From: Candidatus Poribacteria bacterium
GTDB lineage: Bacteria > Poribacteria > WGA-4E > PCPOR2b
Reading direction: 5' to 3'
DNA length: 64,000 nucleotides
Assembly: GCA_965208675.1 (NCBI GenBank)
Contig: OZ242351.1
Coordinates: 3,456,001 to 3,520,000, forward strand
The number at the start of each line of letters is the position of its first letter. Within the stretch, counting starts at the first letter, position 1. The notes under the pieces are model-generated. The model ran no database searches, was not told the origin of the DNA, and saw only the letters and a program-made list of their open reading frames with translations. This document shows positions 10,147-17,747 of the stretch, one piece after another. Both the position numbers and the translations under genes were made by a program.

Positions 10147-10872
10147 TTGGTTTGGGTTTTCGGTATGTGGTTGATGAACATGATGAAGAACACTAAACTG
10201 GATGTAATCTTTCCGGAGGCGCTTTTTGATTACGAACGCTTTGAGCATAGGCATCTATTTGCAGATGTCCGCTATGTGTGGGAGGCGTTACTGTTATTGG
10301 ATGATTATATTGCGAAATATATTGCCCGACCGCGCCGCCATATGAATGCTGTCATTATGCAAGGCGCAATCGTAGGGCCCGATGTCGTATTAGGTGCCGG
10401 TGTGGTTATAGAGCCGAATGTATATATCAAGGGGCCGGCAATTGTTGGCGACAGGACAGTGATTCGACATTGCGCATACGTTCGCGAAAATGTCATCATC
10501 GGGGAAGATTGTGTTATAGGATATTCGACCGAAATTAAGCATTCGATTGTAATGAATGGAACACGGGCGGGCCATTGCAACTACATCGGCGATTCAATAA
10601 TTGGATTGAACGCGAATCTAGGGGCAGGGGTCAAGTTCGCTAACAGAAAAATCACAGATACCGATGTAATTGCGCGAAATCTTGATGGAGACAAATTTAC
10701 AACGGGGCTTCGGAAACTTGGAGCTATTACGGGTGACGATACGCAGATAGGTTGTAATTCGGTGCTGAACCCCGGCACGCTGCTTGGGAGGGGGTGTGTA
10801 GTATACCCGGTACTGTCCGTCCAAGGGACACATTCTCATCATGAAGTAATCAAGTCTATGTGCGATGTCTAA
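10147..10872 (+). CDS. Hexapeptide-repeat (LbH) sugar-phosphate acetyltransferase, GlmU C-terminal-like; start uncertain
   Basis: Hexapeptide repeats, EIKHS, HCNYIGDSIIG, RKLGAITGD, GCNSVLNPG; directly upstream of glmS. Confidence 0.8.
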   Translation: MVWVFGMWLMNMMKNTKLDVIFPEALFDYERFEHRHLFADVRYVWEALLLLDDYIAKYIARPRRHMNAVIMQGAIVGPDVVLGAGVVIEPNVYIKGPAIVGDRTVIRHCAYVRENVIIGEDCVIGYSTEIKHSIVMNGTRAGHCNYIGDSIIGLNANLGAGVKFANRKITDTDVIARNLDGDKFTTGLRKLGAITGDDTQIGCNSVLNPGTLLGRGCVVYPVLSVQGTHSHHEVIKSMCDV

Positions 10873-10917
10873 TGTGGATTGATTTAAGAATATTAGTCGG
10901 GATTAGGAGTACCTTTA

Positions 10918-12741
10918 ATGTGCGGAATTGTCGGATATATCGGCAACAATTACGCTGATTCTGTATTGTGGACAGGATTGGAAAGACTTCAATACAGAGG
11001 ATATGATTCAGCAGGTATCGCTGTTATCCACGACGGCGAGTTGAACCTCAGGAAAATCGCAGGTAAGCTACACGTTCTAGACGAGAGCCTTCGCCAGAAA
11101 CCTATGCACGGCCCCATCGGCATTGGGCACACACGATGGGCGACACACGGCGAGCCAAATGAACGAAATGCTCACCCGCAAGTGGACGAAAATCAAACGA
11201 TAGCTGTCGTTCATAACGGTATTATTGAGAACTATCTTCAACTCCGGCAGGAGTTGCAAGCACGCGGTCATGAATTCATATCCGATACGGACACGGAAGT
11301 GCTCGTACATTTATTTGAAGAAAATGTAAATGGAGATATTGTCGATGCCGTCTGCAGGACGCTTCAGCGATTGGATGGGACGTTTGCCGCCGCCTTTATT
11401 CACCGGCAGTTTCCAGATTGCATTGTTGCTGCTCGACGCAATAACCCGCTTATATTGGGACTAGGAACAGGTGAGAATTTCGTTACTTCGGATTTGCCTG
11501 CGCTGCCTACCCGCACGCAGCGAGTGATTTATCTTGAAGATAATCAGGTTGCTGTTGTAGGTCGAGAGCACATTGAGGTGCGGACGATATCCGGTGAGCG
11601 AATTGAACCGCAGATTCATTCCATTCATCTGAGCGCCGAAACGATCGATAAAGGGGACTACCCGAACTTCATGCTCAAAGAGATACACGAACAACCTGAT
11701 GTCTTACGGCGTTTATACAACGCGTATGTGACGGATACGATGAGGGTTGATTTCGGGGAGTTTGGATTGGATGACTCATTTCTGGGCAAAGTCAACCGTA
11801 TTGTAATACAGGCGTGCGGCACATCATGGCATGCGGGCTTAATTGGCAAGTATTTGCTGGAGCGGTATACACGGATTCACACAGAGGTGGACATCTCCTC
11901 CGAATTCCGCTATCGAAATCCAATTTTGGAGGGTGATACGCTCGTCATTTCAATTTCCCAATCCGGCGAAACCGCCGATACGCTGGAGGGGCTGCGCGAA
12001 GCACGTAGCAAGTCCATGCCGGTATTGGCTATCTGCAACATGATTAACAGTACCATTGCTCGGGAAGCAGATGCCGTGATAGACATTCACGCCGGATTGG
12101 AAATTGGTGTCGCGTCAACCAAAGCCTATACGGCTCAGATTGCCGTCCTTGGACTCTTCGCACTGCATATGGGACAGATTAAGGGGTTGCTAAAATTTGA
12201 AGAAGTTCAACGTTTCCTCGCGGCGCTTCGAAACGCCCCCATTCTTATAGAACGATTTATCCAACAGCAGCAAATACAGGCATGCGCGGAGAAATACAGC
12301 GATGCGGGCGTGTACATATTTCTTGGACGAAGCTACAACTATCCCAACGCTTTGGAAGGTGCACTCAAACTCAAGGAAATTTCATATATTCACGCCGAAG
12401 GGCATCCTGCGGGCGAGATAAAACATGGTCCCATAGCGTTAATCGACGGCAATGTGCCGGTCGTGTGTATTGCCAATAATAGCAGCATCTACTCGAAGGT
12501 CGTCAGCGCCATCCAGCAGGTGCGCGCTCGCGATGGAGTCATCATCGCAATCGCTACCGAAGGCAACACGGAAATCCATGCACACGCTCAGGAGGTTATC
12601 TTTGTTCCGGAAATTGCAGAGGAACTCTCACCCTTGCTGGTTGCGGTTCCGCTGCAATTGCTTGCTTACCACAGTGCCGTTCATCGGGGGTGCGATGTCG
12701 ATCAACCGAGAAACCTGGCTAAGAGTGTTACCGTTGAGTAG
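10918..12741 (+). CDS. glmS: Glutamine--fructose-6-phosphate aminotransferase
   Basis: MCGIVG N-terminus, GHTRWATHG, SQSGETADT, C-terminal PRNLAKSVTVE. Confidence 0.98.
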   Translation: MCGIVGYIGNNYADSVLWTGLERLQYRGYDSAGIAVIHDGELNLRKIAGKLHVLDESLRQKPMHGPIGIGHTRWATHGEPNERNAHPQVDENQTIAVVHNGIIENYLQLRQELQARGHEFISDTDTEVLVHLFEENVNGDIVDAVCRTLQRLDGTFAAAFIHRQFPDCIVAARRNNPLILGLGTGENFVTSDLPALPTRTQRVIYLEDNQVAVVGREHIEVRTISGERIEPQIHSIHLSAETIDKGDYPNFMLKEIHEQPDVLRRLYNAYVTDTMRVDFGEFGLDDSFLGKVNRIVIQACGTSWHAGLIGKYLLERYTRIHTEVDISSEFRYRNPILEGDTLVISISQSGETADTLEGLREARSKSMPVLAICNMINSTIAREADAVIDIHAGLEIGVASTKAYTAQIAVLGLFALHMGQIKGLLKFEEVQRFLAALRNAPILIERFIQQQQIQACAEKYSDAGVYIFLGRSYNYPNALEGALKLKEISYIHAEGHPAGEIKHGPIALIDGNVPVVCIANNSSIYSKVVSAIQQVRARDGVIIAIATEGNTEIHAHAQEVIFVPEIAEELSPLLVAVPLQLLAYHSAVHRGCDVDQPRNLAKSVTVE

Positions 12742-12775
12742 ACAGTCGACATTACTAAGACAAATCATTTAAGCG

Positions 12776-12812
12776 AAGGGAGCGGCACCGCGAGGCGTCT
12801 CTCCCTTTTTTT
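12776..12812 (+). terminator. Probable intrinsic terminator after glmS
   Basis: AAGGGAG...CTCCCTT stem followed by a T run. Confidence 0.6.
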
Positions 12813-13204
12813 GTGGTGAAAATTAGGATGGAAACGCTGCGGAAAATGCCGGATTTCTGGGTGAATCGATGTTGATGGTTACCTTTCACTGTAATGCGCC
12901 GGCCCGCTTGTGGTGCGGGTTCATTGAAATCGCGGGGTAACCAAAAGGTAACCAAGAAAAAAAGATCTGTAGGTCTTTTGGGTGGCTGTAATGCTAAATT
13001 ATTAGCATTCACTATTTAGAGGCGATTCATAAAAAAGATCAGGCGGCGGATCGCCGTGTCAAGGGGAAACAGGAAGCGCAATGCGCAAAATCAGGGAAAG
13101 ATATTGCCAATGGGGTCGTATAGCGTAGATGGCGTGTGGGATAGGGAGACTAGCGCAGAGGATTTGCGGAAGCGGGTAGCGGAAAGAGGGTGGTAGGTTT
13201 TTAA

Positions 13205-13584
13205 GGATGGGTTTCGCAGAAAACTATCACCTTCACTGTTGGCGGAGATTATCGTTCAACCCAACCTACAAAGACTTTACAGATCGGCGTTTGCCTACTA
13301 TATATCGCGGCTGTAAGCTGCTCCCACAGATAGTGTGCCGCGATTCGGAGATTGCTGCTACAGAGAGACGAATTCTTTAAATCATAGCCTATCATTTAAT
13401 CATACAGATCACAGTTCAGACAGTTTTTGGATATGGCGGCGCGTTTGCTTAATGGGTGTCGGTTTGGAAATACGAAAAGCGTTGGGTTACGCTCTGCGCA
13501 TCGTATTTTGTACATCAATAGGTTTCCAGAGCGGTTCGTTGAATTGTAAAATTTTTGGTGAAGACCGCTCAACCCAACCTACAA
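13205..13584. repeat. REP-like repeat cluster, left flank of the cas1 island
   Basis: 13256-13364 closely matches 17325-17434, and 13530-13584 matches 17286-17340. Shared core TCAACCCAACCTAC (GTAGGTTGGGTTGA on the minus strand). Confidence 0.8.
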
Positions 13585-13774
13585 GAACTGCCTACGTAAT
13601 TCAAAGATGAGGTGCTGTAATCCGACGCTTCTTCAAAAATGCGGGGAAAGACGCACCGCCTACCATGGGTGCAAGAGGTGAGATTTTATAAGAGGAGACT
13701 ATCGCCATCCCTATTCGGTCGGTTGATCGCTATTCGCTCAATTGATCGCTTTTCATCGCGGTAGAGGTTGTTAC

Positions 13775-14106
13775 CCCTGCAACGGTGGTTTCCGCCCGCG
13801 ATATCCCCCGACCGCACGTGTCAATCTTGCGAAAAACCGTACACCCCGAAGCGCCGAGGCCAACGTTATTGTTCAGGCCGTTGCGCAAAAATAGATTATT
13901 ACCGTGTATCCACCGTCACTAAAAACCCTGAAAAGTTTTTTACATTCAAGCGAATAGGTGATATATTAAATTGCGAAGAATGCGGCAAGCGAACAAAACG
14001 AACCAACGGCCGCCAGATATACTGTTCAAAACGTTGTTCAGGCCGCGCCGAAAAAGGCGCCATCTCACACATCGTCAGAAGAAGAAAGGTAAATAATGAA
14101 AATTAA
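13775..14106 (+). pseudogene. 5'-truncated phage-like Cys-rich (CxxC...YCSxxC x2) protein inside the giant spacer
   Basis: RTCQSCEKPY...RYCSGRC and LNCEECGK...IYCSKRC. The only start codon (TTG 13768) lies inside the CRISPR repeat. Confidence 0.55.
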
Positions 14107-14152
14107 GTATGAAATCAACACGTCGAGAATCAAAACGAAAGGAAGGTAGTCA

Positions 14153-14362
14153 GTGCGAAAACCAACAACAGAAGATTTATACGCGGAACTGGTGAACACA
14201 ACCACGGGCAAATTTGGCGAGGAGCTGCGCGAAACGTATGAGCCCGTCAAGCATTTAGAAGTACCCAACAAAATTAAAGAACCGCGGGCGTGGAAAGAGT
14301 GGCGTTCCCGTCCGGACGTAGCGAAATTTTTCCGACTAGTACGCCGTTTCGATCATAATTGA
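14153..14362 (+). CDS. Small hypothetical protein inside the giant spacer
   Basis: 69 aa, purine-rich RBS (AAAGGAAGGT) before GTG; convergent with the next gene, with 6 bp between the stop codons. Confidence 0.5.
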   Translation: MRKPTTEDLYAELVNTTTGKFGEELRETYEPVKHLEVPNKIKEPRAWKEWRSRPDVAKFFRLVRRFDHN

Positions 14363-14368
14363 AAAGCC

Positions 14369-15061
14369 TTAATCTTCCAAGGATTCAACCAGTTCGCCGA
14401 ATTCCTCGCTCCAGTCAAAAACCGCTATCGTTTCAACATTTTCGGGATCGAGTATAAAGCCGTCAGTGGGCCATGTCATGCCTATGTCTTTTGCGCGGAT
14501 GACTTGAATAACCGGCTCTTCTATTCCGACACGAGCCACCCAATTCCAGCCGCTTTCAGACGCAATATCGATAGCCTGATCTCTTCCTTCCATGAATTCG
14601 ACCGCGTTCAAGCCTGTGTAGTAAATGTTGTCGCCGTGCGTTGCAACATGGGCGTGAACCTGTTCTGTCAGTGGCGCCTCCGCGGCATCCGGATCATACA
14701 TTTTAAAATCATCAACTACGTCCACAATTGCGTTGGCGTAAGCCGCGGTGTAAATAACAGTTTCATCGCCCTGAGCTATGCTCACCTCTTCGAGTTCGCT
14801 AATGAGGTCTTCTTGATCTTCATAGGGTGATTCGCGAATCTTACGTTCAAGCCGCTTTCGTGTTTGGTCTAATTCTGCCCGCCTTGCCTGAGCTTCGGTT
14901 TTTAGTTCTCTAATTGGTTTGACTAGGTCATCCAACCCCCCTCGCCCTCTACGGCGCCTTCGACATGTTCGCGAATAGCGTCGCCCCAAATGTCCCTTAT
15001 CTCTTGCGCTTCCCCAATGGATTGCGAATATTGCTGATGCAACCTCCCCTTATCCGTCACG
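14369..15061 (-). pseudogene. 3' fragment of a larger foreign acidic/coiled-coil protein gene, frameshifted at a G6 run
   Basis: Frame is open from the repeat edge (VTDKGRLHQQYSQSIGEAQEIRDIWGDAIREHVEGAVEGEGG). One extra G at about 14936-14941 would join it to LDDLVKPIRELK...ESLED*. Confidence 0.55.
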
Positions 15062-15370
15062 CTTTCAGTCCGCTTTTCATCGCGGTAGAGGTTGTTACTG
15101 AAATGCAGTGGTCGGTGGCTAGTGGTTAGTGCCCAGCTTTCAGTTTGCTTTTGATTGCAGTATAGCTAGTGGCCGGCGGTGGAAAACTTTCTTGCCCACG
15201 AAGTTAAATTACTCTGAATCTGTAGTGATGTAGTAGAAACAAGACTATCGCCTTCGCTATCCGTTCAGTTGATCGCTTTTCATCGCGGTAGAGGTTGTTA
15301 CCGACCTCGTGAAGAAAGGTGAAGATTGGACAAACACAGCAGTAGTCCACGTTTGTAAGCTCCATCTCCT

Positions 15371-15399
15371 ATCATGGCAGATACACCCTGTTGTGTCAA
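15371..15399 (-). promoter_or_regulatory. Sigma70-type promoter pointing into the CRISPR repeats
   Basis: TTGACA (15399-15394), 17 bp, CATGAT (15376-15371). Confidence 0.65.
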
Positions 15400-15730
15400 T
15401 GGAAAATTGTTAATGTGCGGCGAGTTAAGTAATCGCCTGTATTGAGGGCGTTCTTGCTCAAATTTTCGCAAATCTACTGATTTCTACCGAATGCCGGCAG
15501 AACTCGTTTTTCGCCAAGCTAATCCGTCGAAAATCGGGCTAAAGTTGCCCTAAACCGCAATCCAATTCTCGTTTACGCACGAGAAAGTTCGCCGAAAATG
15601 CGTATTAATCCGTGTGGCGTCTGGATTTTTCGTTAGCATAGACCTTTCGCAAATCGCCCCGATTTTTCCGCAGAAAACCGATTTGCGAAACGCTCACAAC
15701 ACATCGGCGCAGAACCGGCGAAATTCACAC
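15400..15730 (-). promoter_or_regulatory. Putative CRISPR leader with a 12-bp inverted repeat
   Basis: TTTCGCAAATCG (15645-15656) and CGATTTGCGAAA (15679-15690); third half-site TTTCGCAAATC at 15464-15474. Lies between cas1 and the repeats. Confidence 0.5.
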
Positions 15731-16618
15731 TCAACGCATTTTCCGCGCTGCGGCGTCGGCGTCGGAATCAGGCTCTTCCCACTCGACGTTAAACCTTTTG
15801 TTTATCATGGCAAACACGACTCTATCCACGACGGACTGGCGGAACTCTTCGATAAAATCCAAGACTAAGGACGGTTTGCCGGGGCGGTCGACATGCAGGA
15901 ACCCGGCAAACGGCTCGAGTCCAGCGAGTGACAGCACGCTCCAAACGTGCGAGTAGAGCATCCCGTAACCGTAATTTAGCAGTGCGTTTACATCATCGAC
16001 GGCGCCGCGATGGTTTCGGGTGGTGAAGCGTCCGGTAGGCAACAGCCGTTGGACGCATTCCCAGTAGAGTGCGCCGGCGCGTCCTTCGAGATTGAGAAGC
16101 GTCGAATGCATTGCGTCAACCGGCGTGGTAGTATCCGCGGGCGTTTCCAGAGCGCTCAACTCCGACAGAATCGCCTCAATTTTTGCAATGCGTTCCATGA
16201 GTTCAGAATATTTTTTTGGTGATTGTTTCTTGCGGTATTTTCCGAAATAACGGACGAGATTTACTTGGTTCTTCAGCTTGCCCGCAGCGAACCGTTTGGC
16301 AATCTCCAATCCGCGCACGTCGTGGTAGGCGGCGAGTTGTTCGCGTCTTGAGATTACGGTGGCGGTAAGGGATGGGCTGTTGAGTTTCGCGTACGGTTTA
16401 CCGTTGAAACTGAGGAACGAGATTTCGATGCCGCGCTCGGTACAGGCTTCAATCAGGTCTGAAGAGACACTGACGCCGCGCGAGGCGATAACAATCTGGT
16501 CGAGATCCATCAGTGCGTGTTCCTCTTTTTTCCGCTCCTTGTCTCGGAAACGGACGCTGACGCGCTCGGAGTGTTTGCCAAGATAAGTACCGTAATCGGA
16601 GATAATCAGTTCATTCAT
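15731..16618 (-). CDS. cas1: CRISPR-associated endonuclease Cas1, apparently C-terminally truncated (295 aa)
   Basis: LLNLEGRAGALYW, VNALLNYGYGMLY, GLEPFAGFLH and SLVLDFIEEFRQSVVDRVV (catalytic E/H/acidic residues). Ends about 25 aa after VVDR. No cas2 follows. Confidence 0.93.
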   Translation of the reverse strand: MNELIISDYGTYLGKHSERVSVRFRDKERKKEEHALMDLDQIVIASRGVSVSSDLIEACTERGIEISFLSFNGKPYAKLNSPSLTATVISRREQLAAYHDVRGLEIAKRFAAGKLKNQVNLVRYFGKYRKKQSPKKYSELMERIAKIEAILSELSALETPADTTTPVDAMHSTLLNLEGRAGALYWECVQRLLPTGRFTTRNHRGAVDDVNALLNYGYGMLYSHVWSVLSLAGLEPFAGFLHVDRPGKPSLVLDFIEEFRQSVVDRVVFAMINKRFNVEWEEPDSDADAAARKMR

Positions 16619-16753
16619 TTTTCTTTTCCTAACGTATATTTGTGGGAGAGGCTTCCTAGCCTCGATTATCAGTCAGTCACTCCTTGTGTAAATTTCAACC
16701 TAATTGACTATAGATTACACAGAGATACCGCTTCACGGGCTAGCGTATTATAT

Positions 16754-16782
16754 TTGAAGTTTGTATATACACATGGTATACT
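16754..16782 (+). promoter_or_regulatory. brnTA promoter with palindromic operator
   Basis: TTGAAG, 17 bp, TATACT with a TG extension; perfect palindrome TGTATATACA (16762-16771) in the spacer. Confidence 0.6.
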
Positions 16783-16791
16783 AGTTGTTCA

Positions 16792-16956
16792 ATGGAGTTC
16801 GAATGGGATTCGATGAAGAATCAGCGTAATATTGAAAAGCACGGCATTATACTTTATGTCGTGTACACCACGCGAGGCGACATTCGGCGTATCATTTCAG
16901 CGAGGAGAGCGAATCGCCGTGAAAGAAGAACGTACCGTGAGAGTTTCTCTCAATAA
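16792..16956 (+). pseudogene. brnT: BrnT-family toxin with internal in-frame deletion (54 aa)
   Basis: Hand translation MEFEWDSMKNQRNIEKHGI-ILYVVYTTRGDIRRIISARRANRRERRTY: BrnT N- and C-terminal motifs fused, central part missing. Confidence 0.8.
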
Positions 16957-17221
16957 CCTCCCGAAAAAAACGCAAACCGATTGGGAGAAGGTCAAAAAAA
17001 TGACCGAGGCCGAAATTAACGCGGCGGCAGTATCGGACCCCGATGCCCAGCCGACAGATGCGGCATTCTGGAGAGATGCCGAGATTGTGATGCCCGAACC
17101 TAAACACGCTATATCTCTGCGCGTTGACAGCGATGTGCTCAAGTGGTTTAAATCTCAGGGCAAAGGTTACCAGACCCGCATGAACGCCGTGTTGCGGGCG
17201 TATATGAAAGCACATCAATAG
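16919..17221 (+). CDS. brnA: BrnA-family antitoxin
   Basis: TDWEKV, DPDAQP, ISLRVDSDVLKWFKSQGKGYQTRMNAVLRAY; GTG start overlaps the brnT 3' end. Confidence 0.9.
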   Translation: MKEERTVRVSLNNLPKKTQTDWEKVKKMTEAEINAAAVSDPDAQPTDAAFWRDAEIVMPEPKHAISLRVDSDVLKWFKSQGKGYQTRMNAVLRAYMKAHQ

Positions 17222-17285
17222 GGAGCCCTCAATCGAGTTTGAAACATGAACCGTGCCGCTATGACACAATTAATACGTCCACAAT

Positions 17286-17592
17286 AGCGATTCGTTAAAT
17301 TGTAAATTTTTTGGTGAAGACCGCTCAACCCAACCTACAAAGACATTACAGACCGGCGTGTGCTTACTACTATATCGCGGCTGGAAGCCGCTCCCACAGG
17401 TGGTTTGCCGCGATTCGGAGATTGCTGCTACAGAATTCGGTGAAGACCGCTCTACCCAACCTACAAAAGCTAATCGGCCGGATGGTTGTATAAAATATGT
17501 TGCGGTGTATTTCGGGCGAGACGGAATTGGATTTGGGTGAAGACTATCGCACTCCTTATTTAGCCCCTTGATCACTCAACCAAACCTACGAC
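17286..17592. repeat. REP-like repeat cluster, right flank of the cas1 island
   Basis: GGTGAAGACCGCTC(A/T)ACCCAACCTACAA twice, plus a 110-bp block matching 13256-13364. Confidence 0.8.
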
Positions 17593-17747
17593 CGAAAGGA
17601 AGAAGACAAATAGTGTGCGGACGATATACGCTTGCAGTAGACACTTAAAATTGATATAGTCATATTCAGTGTATTTAGTTTGATTCATTGACTGAATTCT
17701 AACCAATATTCTGCTAACTGCGTAACTTCTAACAACATTCAATTCTG

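Larger units (their letters stand above)
13735..15301 (-). CRISPR. Atypical CRISPR mini-array, 37-bp repeat GTAACAACCTCTACCGCGATGAAAAGCGGACTGAAAG
   Basis: Full repeat at 15062-15098. Degenerate repeat at 15137-15173 (27/37 identical), separated from it by a 38-bp spacer. Two variant repeats at 13735-13774 and 15262-15301 share an exact 28-bp core. CCGC/GCGG stem followed by an 8-nt ACTGAAAG handle. cas1 lies about 430 bp away. Confidence 0.8.

Noticed and set aside
12700-12830. Tn7/CAST insertion at attTn7 downstream of glmS
   Set aside because: No tnsABCD/tniQ genes, no TGT end at the expected distance of about 25 bp, and no recognisable TnsB-site arrays or target duplication.
14945-14989. 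Arg-rich N-terminus 'MGRRYSRTCRRRRRGRGG' as a real peptide
   Set aside because: Best explained as out-of-frame translation upstream of a homopolymer frameshift.
15236-15301. tracrRNA anti-repeat
   Set aside because: The partial repeat has the same orientation as the array, no Cas9/Cas12 is present, and the repeat has Cas6-type geometry.
15731-16618. Casposon (casposase Cas1)
   Set aside because: No family B polymerase, terminal inverted repeats or C-terminal HTH; the gene sits beside a leader and CRISPR repeats.
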